Below are positions 9,164 to 19,000 of a DNA stretch of 64,000 nt, in pieces. The notes below the pieces were generated by a model. It worked only from the letters and a program-made list of their open reading frames with translations, did not search any database and was not told the origin of the DNA. The stretch comes from a virus, in IMG/VR virus record IMGVR_UViG_3300010413_000015, positions 10,952 to 74,951 of that record. One strand, given 5' to 3'. The number at the start of each line of letters is the position of its first letter. The stretch's first letter is position 1. Made by a program: the position numbers and the translations under genes.

Positions 9164-12100
9164 TACGCAAACTCCTTCTCGTCAAACTTGGCACTGGCGT
9201 CGTTGAAGGTAGTAGAATCTACTGAGAAGTCCCTAAGCCGGGTGATGACCTCGCAGTCAATGGCAGGTTTCCCCTCCTCATCGGTAGACATGGACCATAC
9301 AAACGCTGCGACCGCCCGGTCTTCGCTTCGGTCTGCATCGGTCCACCAGTCCTCAAGGAGAAGTGCCGGGTCTGGTGCGTGTAGCTTGTAGGATACCTCA
9401 GACGCCTGTTGTGAAACTAGGACCAGGGCCCTTCGTGCCCCCTCCATTGCCTCCACTTTCCCGCTGACCAGTGCCGGGTTGGAAATCTGGAGCATCCGGA
9501 GCGGCTTGCCTACTGCGGCCTCCCGGTCTAGGAGGTACACCCTGTCCTCCATGACTTCCATTTCAATGATACTTGCCTTGTCCTGTAGGGACATCTTCTC
9601 ATCTATGGCTGTGAGGTTGGTCGTGTAGTCCCCACTGTAGTACCCCTGGCTTCCCTCAAAGCGACTGATGCCCAGGTGCCCATTCTCGTTCTCAACCAGT
9701 TTTACCTGCTTGCCTTCAAAGAGCCTTCCCAAAGCCATAGACAGGTCCTCCCCAGAGTCCCAGGCAAAGGAGTCGAGGACCTCAGAGAACTCCGCATGGC
9801 TGCAAGAAGTAGTACTTACACCGTTGACTGCCAGGTACCCACTGGGCCATACGTGCTCCAGCGGAAACGCACACATAAGTGACCCCGTGGAATAGGCCGC
9901 AATGAAGTCCTTATTCCCTATAACGCGAATGAGGATGTCCCGATTGTCATTCCCCTGGTCTGGAGGCCGGAGGTATACCTGCTTCCCGAGATGGGTCTCG
10001 ACGTACTCCGGACTGGGAGAAGTGTCTCCTGTAGAAGTGATCCTGTACAGGTCGGCCTGGAGCTCTGCAAGTCTCAGCCGGAATCCAGAGTAGTGAGCGG
10101 GGCCGGTGGTGTTCTTGTTTGTCAGCCAGAAGTACACGTCAAGGTAGTTAGGAGAGTTTGTGAGCTGGTCACCTATCCAGGTCATGTCAATGCTGGTGTT
10201 CACCATGACACCATTCGAGACTCCGGGAGTGATAGAAACATCCCCCTGCACATCCTCGTCTAGCGTGATGCCGGCGAGCTCGAGGGCATTTCGGGCTATG
10301 TCCATGGCGGTCCAGACCGTAGTGTTCTCGTAGAACCAGATCCAGTCAAACAGGCACTGGGGAGCTAGTTTGCCGGTGCCGAACTGCTTGTAGACCCCAT
10401 AGGGAGTGCCGGGGACGGGAACAGAAGTGAAGTCTGGAGTGACATATAGGATTTCCCCACCATTAGTGGTGGCAACCTGTCGCTCCTGGTTGCCACAGAT
10501 TAACCACTTGCCTCCTAGTGTCTTTGGGAACGTCTGCCCGGTGTCCTGAATCCAGCCCGAGGTTGCACTGTCCACATCGCCATACTTGATGGCTCCCTCA
10601 TAGTCCTCAAAGTCCTCGACCACAAGGCCGAACTGGTAGTTTGCATCTGGCCAGGTGGGGGGCACCCAGTCCTCGTCGGCAAAGTCTGTAACCTGGACCC
10701 ACTCATCGTCCGTACTCTCCCGAAGAATGCGCACTTTGATGAATCCCTGGTCAGCAGCCACCGTCATTTGGTACCACTCATCTGTGTAGAAGTCAGGTCC
10801 TGTCCCCCAGGTGATCGGAGCGCTAACTACACCATCAATCACCTTGCGGAATACAATCCGCACGGGTCCGCTGTAAATGCGCGAGGCCCCGGCCATGTAG
10901 TAATTGTCTTCGTCCTTGTACCAGAAGGCCAGGTAAATGCCTTCCGCAGCAACCAGGGGCTTGAATCGAGTAGTAAAGAGAAAGCCTGGCGTTCCCAGAT
11001 TGTGGGGAAACAGCGCAAGGCCGGGCTGCTTGCACCAGAGCTGATACCTGGCTGACTCAGGGGACTTGTGCGTCACCCAGTCCCCTGTCACCTGGCGTAC
11101 CGTGAGACGAGGCTGACGATTCTCCATGTTGAAGTCACTGTACAGCCTATAGGGACTCTCATACATCTTTGTGCCCAGGGGCCTGTAGCTCAGGGACCCG
11201 GTAGCCCTGGCGGTTTTGCCAAGGGCAGTGACGTTATAGGCGCTACCAAGGGAGGTCTCAGTCAACTCGGCATCCACAACATCTGCTGTGCAGAATAGCC
11301 CTGTCTCCCCACTGGCGCCTATGACGACAGACAGCTCGTTGCCGGCAACGAGAAACGCCTCGATAGCAGCATCCTCCAACCCTGACGCGATGAACTCGGG
11401 CGCACTCCCAGGGCCTGAGTAATTGGCAGCGAATGAGGTAATAGTAGGGATGGTGTACCTCTCGGAAGAAGGGTCGGCCCCTATGGTAATATTGGCCTTG
11501 GCACGGGCGACAGAGGCATTCCCGATAAGGTAGACGTACTCATCTCCACTTCTGTAGAACAACTTGCCTCGCAACTCACTTGAGGTGACGAACCCCTCGT
11601 CCCGCCAATCTACCATGTTCTGGCTGGAAATGAGCCCAACGTGCCGGGCATAGGGCTCGTCATCCATTCCAACGGCCCACCTGGTGACTGTTGCCCAGGC
11701 CCGGTCTCCAATTGTATTCACCCCACTGACCTTAGCCCTCATGTTCCCCCACTGACTAGACGGAAGAACCTCAAAGGGCGCACTGGTGGCCCAGCTCTCG
11801 TGAAACAGGATGCTGGCCGAGCTCTCCGGGCCAAGGGCTTGCAGGACCACGCCGGCATTCCCGCCCCAGGGCCGCATGTTTGACGTAGTTGCCAGGCCTA
11901 CCCCGCCCCACTGGGCATCCATGTTGTGGAAGTCAGTCACTGGATTGGCCAGGGGGTAGCACTTCGTCGTAGGCCTCCAGTAGACAGGCCAGGTATCGTT
12001 GTTGTCCACCAGAGACTCAACAGCAAGCCAGGGCCCTACATAGTAAGTGGCCACTACGACAATCTCGCCGTCTATGAGAATGGCATTCAGCGAAACCGAC

Positions 12101-12642
12101 GATGGGTCGGCATTGAACCGCTGTGCAGACGGATAGTACCCTCCGGTTACTGGGGTGTGCCAGGTGTTGGTGCTAGGGGTGAACTTGTATCTCTTTATCC
12201 CCGAATCAGAGTTGCTCCAGTAGTAGACTCTGTATACCTCTGAGGTATAGGGGTAGTCTTGGTGCACCGCAATCTTGCAGTAGGGCTTGATGGTGAACGG
12301 GGCCGTGGTCTGGGTGAAATTCCAGCTCTCGCTTTGCCCCAACTGTGTGTGCCGGTAGTACAGCTTGTTGGAAGCAGATGTCCCCCACGAAGCTGGCGAG
12401 ACCATCTGAAACACCTTATAGGGACTTACTGCATTCCGGACAGAGTCTCCCCATACAGACTTTCCGGTACGGTCAAAGTAGTCATCACTGACGGCAATCC
12501 CACTGAGGGTTGCTTGCTCGACGTACAGAAGATTGCCAAAGTCAAGCCCGGTCTTGCGGATAGTCGCCATTACTGAAGGCTCAACCACTCTGTCTGCCAG
12601 GTACAGGTCGCGTAGGGTGCTGCTTATGGATGCACGACTCAT
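9163..12642 (-). CDS. Tail tip / hub protein with lectin-like insert
   Basis: 1159 aa, beta-rich, directly after the Dit-like gene. Confidence 0.6.
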   Translation of the reverse strand: MSRASISSTLRDLYLADRVVEPSVMATIRKTGLDFGNLLYVEQATLSGIAVSDDYFDRTGKSVWGDSVRNAVSPYKVFQMVSPASWGTSASNKLYYRHTQLGQSESWNFTQTTAPFTIKPYCKIAVHQDYPYTSEVYRVYYWSNSDSGIKRYKFTPSTNTWHTPVTGGYYPSAQRFNADPSSVSLNAILIDGEIVVVATYYVGPWLAVESLVDNNDTWPVYWRPTTKCYPLANPVTDFHNMDAQWGGVGLATTSNMRPWGGNAGVVLQALGPESSASILFHESWATSAPFEVLPSSQWGNMRAKVSGVNTIGDRAWATVTRWAVGMDDEPYARHVGLISSQNMVDWRDEGFVTSSELRGKLFYRSGDEYVYLIGNASVARAKANITIGADPSSERYTIPTITSFAANYSGPGSAPEFIASGLEDAAIEAFLVAGNELSVVIGASGETGLFCTADVVDAELTETSLGSAYNVTALGKTARATGSLSYRPLGTKMYESPYRLYSDFNMENRQPRLTVRQVTGDWVTHKSPESARYQLWCKQPGLALFPHNLGTPGFLFTTRFKPLVAAEGIYLAFWYKDEDNYYMAGASRIYSGPVRIVFRKVIDGVVSAPITWGTGPDFYTDEWYQMTVAADQGFIKVRILRESTDDEWVQVTDFADEDWVPPTWPDANYQFGLVVEDFEDYEGAIKYGDVDSATSGWIQDTGQTFPKTLGGKWLICGNQERQVATTNGGEILYVTPDFTSVPVPGTPYGVYKQFGTGKLAPQCLFDWIWFYENTTVWTAMDIARNALELAGITLDEDVQGDVSITPGVSNGVMVNTSIDMTWIGDQLTNSPNYLDVYFWLTNKNTTGPAHYSGFRLRLAELQADLYRITSTGDTSPSPEYVETHLGKQVYLRPPDQGNDNRDILIRVIGNKDFIAAYSTGSLMCAFPLEHVWPSGYLAVNGVSTTSCSHAEFSEVLDSFAWDSGEDLSMALGRLFEGKQVKLVENENGHLGISRFEGSQGYYSGDYTTNLTAIDEKMSLQDKASIIEMEVMEDRVYLLDREAAVGKPLRMLQISNPALVSGKVEAMEGARRALVLVSQQASEVSYKLHAPDPALLLEDWWTDADRSEDRAVAAFVWSMSTDEEGKPAIDCEVITRLRDFSVDSTTFNDASAKFDEKEFA

Positions 12643-13088
12643 AGCGGCAACCTCTGCACAATGCGCACTTCAGCAATAACCCATGTGCCCAAGGGGTCGT
12701 ACTCAAACTGTAGATTCAGGTCCCCTCGTAGTTGGCCTGGCCAGTATCCGTCATCTCCAAATGAGAGGACCTCAAGGTCTGTGGCCAGCCATGCGTCCAT
12801 AAGGTCATTGGCGTCCCCGACATAGATGTCTTCCTGGCCATCGTTCATGGTGGGATATGTCCCGTCTGGGGCCTGCACGATAAGCCTACCTGCCCATTGT
12901 TTGAAACCTCGTCTTGTGCCGACAGAACTCAGGAGGCGTCCATCATACAGGGATATGCCATAGCTAGTTGCTCCCTCGAAGATGGGCCCAGAGAAACCTT
13001 CTACCAAAACAGCGTAACACCGCTTCGAGGAGCCACTGTCCCACTTTAGGAAAAGTCCGCCCCTGCTGGTTGGAAACTCTATTGCCAC
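12639..13088 (-). CDS. Distal tail (Dit-like) protein
   Basis: 149 aa immediately downstream of the tape measure (synteny only). Confidence 0.5.
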   Translation of the reverse strand: MAIEFPTSRGGLFLKWDSGSSKRCYAVLVEGFSGPIFEGATSYGISLYDGRLLSSVGTRRGFKQWAGRLIVQAPDGTYPTMNDGQEDIYVGDANDLMDAWLATDLEVLSFGDDGYWPGQLRGDLNLQFEYDPLGTWVIAEVRIVQRLPL

Positions 13089-16000
13089 AATCCCCCCCTC
13101 ATTCTCTGCCTGGAGGCAGTCTTGTTCAGCTCTGCCTCAAACTTCCTCCATATCTCGGCCGCCAGTTGTCTCTCGTCCTGCCTCCCTCCTTCAACCGAGA
13201 TAGAGACGTTCATATTTCCGACGGAAAATCCGCTTGCGGTCAGCCTGCGGAGTGCCATGTTGGGGACAATGGTCCCATTCTGGTCTGGAACGAAAATCTC
13301 TGGTCCCACTTCACCCACCAGGTAACTACTCCCGGCTGTGACATCCCCCCCACCAGCCAGGCTGTTCCCGCTTCCACCTCCATCCCCTTGAGACTGGAAC
13401 ATACGGTTCAGGCGGTTCTCGATGCGGTCCAGAAGGTTCTGCCAGGCCTTGTCAAGGCTCGAATCCCTCTTGACGCTGCTCTCGAAGTGACCAATTAGGG
13501 TGTCCCACTTGCCCCAGAGGTCTCCGTCTTTCGAGAAATCGCTGAGCTGCTGCCTCAGGAAGGCAGCATAGGCATCTTGGGTCAGGTCCTGCAACCGCTG
13601 GTGCTCTATCTGGCCAGGGAAGACCACTTCCTCGAAGTACTTCTGTTCCTGGGTCATTTGGGCCAGGCGATACATCATATCGTCCTCAGCAATCTCTTGC
13701 TGTTTCGCGGCAATCGCCTGCTGCATCGCCGCCATAGCCTCTGCTTCTCCCATTTGCTCCTGGAGGTGCTTCATTTGCAGTGCAAACGACTCATCCATGT
13801 GCTTCTTGGAAAGGTCGAAGTTCTCCTGCATGTGTCGCTTCTGGAGCTCATAGTTCTGCGTCATGTGCTCCTTCTGCATCTCAAACTGCTCGGTCTCTAG
13901 ACGCTTGATATCTTCGTAGTGTGATTCCTGGTCTTTGAATGCCTGCGCCTGTTGGGCCCACAGCTTCTCCTGTCGCCCTTCCTCAACACCCCTACGCTTC
14001 TCAGAGACACCATAGTCCTCTTCCATACGTCCCCGCTGGCGGAGAAGCTCCTGCTTCTCGCGCCCGGAGGCGAAGCGAATGGCCCGGTTGATATCTTCCA
14101 TCCCACGGGTGTACTGCACCCCAGCCTGTTGCCGGTTGAACGCCATATCTTCACGGCCCCAGCGCTGGCCCTGCATCATCTGTTGCCATTGAACACCGAA
14201 CTGCCTTCTCTGGAACTCGGTGTTGACACCCCACATTCTCTGGCCTAGGGCAAAAGACGCTTGCTGTTGGGCATAGCCCTGCTCCAGGCTCTCCGTCCCT
14301 TGCTGGAAACCAAGGTTCAGCCGTTCCTGGCCCTGGCGATACTGAAGGCGAGCGCTCTCCATGGCTCGCTCAATACCGGCCCTCTGCTGTTGCGCTGCCA
14401 TTGCCGCAGCCGCAGCCTGCATTCCGTACAGCTCTCGGGACTGTTCTAGCTTCAGTTCCGCTCGCTGGATTTGGCCTATCATGCCCATCTGGTAGGTTCT
14501 GCCACCATAGCTAGAGGTTGCCCACTGGCCAGTGCCCATGCGGTATGCCTGGCTCTGGCGTAGTTGGTTCCAGGACAGCGCCCTTGAAGCAAGCTGGCCT
14601 ATGCCGTAGATACCACCACCAGGCCCTATCTCGTGTAAGGGCATAGCCCCCTCCACCAGGGGCATCCCCATAGCACTACGGAACCCACCTACGGCCCCCT
14701 GTGCCTCTGCGCCAAAGACCCCTTGGGCCGCACTGTATCCCAGGGCAGAGCTGGCAAAGTTGGCCATCTCCCCAAACTGGGCGTACTCGAAGGGAGTCAT
14801 CTGTCCAGAGGCTAGTGCTGCCTGCAGGCCCTGCTCAAACTGCCCGGCTACTGCCCCGGCCATGCCAAACCCTCTGGCCACAGCTCCTTGGCCCATTACA
14901 GACTGGGCCCATACCTGGCGAGCTGCAGGAGAAACGCCACGGGCTGCCATTGCCTGAACCCGGCCCTGCAGGGCTCGGGCATTTCCGCCGAGGTACTGGT
15001 AGATTTGACCCCCAAGGCCGGCCGCAGCCTCATATTGGGCCATTCCCTGAGCGCTTTGCCATGGAGCATTGGCCATGAACCCTATGGCTTCTGGACTTCC
15101 TGCCGCAAAGCCATACTCTTGTGCCGCACCAACGCCAATGGCTGCCTGTTCCCTCCGAAGCATCTGCTCTGGGGTTACACCCGGAGGGGTATAGATGACT
15201 CGCCCGTCAGGGAGCTCAACCATTTGGCCTTCAAGTTCCTGCTGTAGCCCCTGATAGTATCGGGCCGCAGCCTCTGGACCAAGGCCGCGCATGTCTGCGA
15301 ATGTGCGATACTGGCTGGCAATCTGTGCCGTGGCTCCACCAACTGCTGCGGTCTGAGGACCAAGTGTTTGCCCGATTCTCTGAGCTACTGCACTACCAGG
15401 TGTATACCCCATGGCAGAGACAATGGGCTGCATGCCATACCGGGCCTCTTGAAGAGCTGCAAGCTGGGTGGTTGTGACCCCACCAGCAAGCTGGCCCATG
15501 TACTGCTGTAGCATTTGTCCTGATACTCCAACTCCTATCTGTTGGAGTTGTCCTGCAACCCCTGAGGCCATGAGGAAGTTCTGTTGCCCGGCTGCTGTTG
15601 TTGGGATGTAGGGAGACAGGGCCCACATCCCTGCGCCCGTCCCGATCCCCAGATACTGGCTTACTTGCTTTAGGGTAGAGGCCATCCCGGGAAGCTGCCC
15701 ACTAATGGCTGCTGGCCCGAGCTGCTTGGCCAGCTCATCTACTCTTCCTTCGTACACGGCCTTTGGCCCGTATCCGAGCTCGGCCAGATAGCTGAAGGTT
15801 TCGTACTTCTTTGCTGGGTCTAGACCTGGAATATCCAGGTTTTCGATGTGGAGGCTGGCCCGGTCAATCTCTATCTGGCCAGACTTCACATACTGCGCAA
15901 CACCCTCGCGCAGTTGGCCTGCGTAGTCCTTGTCCAGAATCGAGCGCAAGCCCATGCCAACCCCTGTCCCAAGAGAGAGGTCGCCCTTGGTAGGCGAGCC

Positions 16001-19000
16001 CCCACCAGCCATGCCCTTGAGCCAGCTAAAGGCACCTCTCTGCGTCTCAGGCTCTGTGGCCAGACCGAGAAGCTCCCGGTAGACATTTCCGGGGGCAGCC
16101 TGTTCATAGGCCTGCCCAAGGAGAAGCCCCCCGGTCACAACGCCACCTGCCAGGGCGGCGATTGGGCCCATTCTAGAGCCTATTCCCATCATACCTCGCC
16201 CTAGAAGGCTTTCTCCCCCTAGCGTCTTTCCGAATCTGCCGAGCACTGACGCGGCAATGCCGGCTTTCGCACCAAACTCGAGTCCCTTGAGAATAGGTCC
16301 ACCAACTGCACCCAGTCTTTCACCGGCCCCATATGCGCCAGAGGGACCACCTAGCGTTGCCAGTATCTCACTGATACCAGCTTGCCCTCGAAGTGTGCCC
16401 ATACCGAAGCCCTGGGCGAAGGCCTGCTGGCCAGCCTGGGCCTGCATAATCCTGCCCATGGGACTATCCATAATGGACTGTGCAGTACCCCCCATCTGTG
16501 TAGCAAACCCTATCTGGGCACCAGCAAGCCCCCGTGCCTGTTCCATAGCACGGTTCACTGGTCCCCCAAAGATTCGCTCGGCCGCTGTCCAGCGGAAGTA
16601 TGCACCGCCAAAGGAGAACTCCTGCAGGAGCTGGTCGAGGCCCTGGCCAAGTGTGCCACGCATGCCCTGTGGTCTCTTGGGAGCCGGCCTGCCCCTTTGT
16701 CCACCGGTAGCCTCATAAAGGTCGTACTGGAACTGCAGGGCGTCTCGTGTTTCCACAGCGCCGATAGTCTCTGTGAGGGCTGGCTCGTTCTCGATCTTCT
16801 CCAGTTTCCTGCCAAGACGTTGCATGTTTTGGGTTACTGTCGCAACCACATCTTGGGGGACACCTGCTGCAGTCAGACCCTGTGGACCAACTTTTGCCCA
16901 TTGCTCCCTAATGTCCTGGGCCTGGCGGAAGGTCTTGGTGAAGGACTGTGCATCTTTCAGCATCTCCTTCTCGGCCCGAGTCAGGTCTCTCTGTACGGCA
17001 ATGGTCTCCCTAAGCTCTGGGGTCCACTGCTTCAGATGGTCTGCCACCTCATCCAGGGTCTTCCTCATCGACCCTGACATCCACAATCCCAACTCCCAGG
17101 GCTTCCCGCTTCCGGCTGTCTGCCGGGGGTTCAGGTCACGTTGCTGTTGCCCCTGAGAGGGCGGTACAATTGGTGCGCCGGGGTCTACACCCGGAGGCAC
17201 CCAGTTAGGGTCAAAGTTGGGGCCGGGCATCCCCGCCAGGGGGTCTGCCGGGTCAACTGGTGGCCTGTTGGGAGGCGGGGGAGCACCGGGAGGCGCAGCC
17301 ACTGTAGGCCTGGCGGCTGCCGGCCGTCGGCCTGCCTGTTGGAGATGTCTCCTAAGCTGGCCAGGTCGCGTAACTGGGGACTGAGCCATTGCAGGTGCTG
17401 CAGTCGCAACCGGAGGCGTAGGCTGTGTGGCTGCTGGTTGAGTCACCTCAGTTGGTGGTGTAAGATTGGGTTCCGGCCCCATCTCTGGTGGCGCCACAGG
17501 GACCCTAGGTGCTCGCTCTGGGTGTGGGCTCTCTGCAACTGGAGGTTCTGCACCAGGTGTGGCTAGCCAATCTGCCATCCCAGACGCTTCCAGGGCCACT
17601 GCTTGTTCCTCAATACTGACCCCTTGTCCGGCCCCCTTCTTCAAAGCAGTAAGCCTGTCTTGCATCTCTGACTTAAACCTGAGAAGAGTGTCGGCCAAGT
17701 CCCGGCCCACGCTCCTGGCCCCAAACTCTCCGTACAGGTTGGCACCGTGCTTCTCTGCATACCGACTAACGGCTCCTGCCCACTGCCCACCGATTGCCTG
17801 TCCAGAGGCGGCCTCCCTTACCCAGTCCTCATGTGTCTGACCAGCCTTCATCATTCGGGGAAGAATCTTGTATCGCTGCTCGGGTGCGGAGAATCGCTTG
17901 AACATCATCGCAAACTGCTGGGCCTGCTTCTGGTTAGGCCCGGAGAACATTGCACCCGCTTCTTCGGGAGACACAACTCCCTGCTGTACAAGCTCGGCAA
18001 AAGCGCCGACACTCTCCTTGCGAAGTCCTGCAAGGTTTCGCAAGGTTCCGGTGCCTACTTTCTCCCATTCCCCGGTGCTGCGCATAAATGCCTTGCCCCA
18101 GGTAGTGGTATTCATGAGCGCATGAACACTCATGACGTCCTGGGGGGGGATGGCGGGTCTCTGAGTATACCCATAGCTGCGGTTCCAGATAGACTGTACG
18201 GCAGACCTGGCTGTTTGGCCTACCTTCCCAGGAATCTGGAGTGCCCTACTCATAAGCCTTCGCATGTCCTGGAATCCAGGACCTATTGCATTGTAGAGCT
18301 CCCGGTTTTCCTGAACAAGTTCCTCGACCTTGCCCTCATCCATGGTATGGTAGTCAAGGGCCTTTCTCCTGACAATCTCCATGGCCGCTTGTAGGTCTTG
18401 GTCTCCGGGAACCATCTCAGCAGGGAGGCTTCCAGCGCCCTCAGACTGCACACGCTTGCGCCCAATCTCACGTACTCGTTCTGGAGAAAGCTCTACACCA
18501 GCGGCGTCGTAGAACTTGCTACCTTGCACCTGAGCCCCACCAGTCATCAGGGCATAGGCAATGTCTGCGTCAAAGTCGCCGCCAGCCATACCCTGTAGGT
18601 ACTCTGACACTACCATCCGGTTGGGGTCATAACCTAGGCCCTCGATAAGCTCTCGGGACACAGTAATGCCCTGAGCTGCACGGTCAAAGCTGGACTCTCC
18701 CTGAGTGGGGAAGCGAATCATGAAACCTGCTTGCCCGGCCTCACGGTCTGGCAGGTACATCTCATTGATGCCCAGTGCCTTAGAGCCAAGCACCTTGTAC
18801 CCCTCCAGGTACCTCCTGCCAGGTGTTACTCCCTGGGCCCGTCGGAGGCCCTGCTCGGACTCAGAAATCTTGCGTTGCTCCTCCATGACGGTCCTGCGAT
18901 ACTCGACAAACGGCGCCTTCTCCTGATTCAGAAGGGACCGGACCATGCCAAACTGCCCTCTAAGGTAGCGAGAGACCTCTGTTTGTTCGAGGGCACCTTC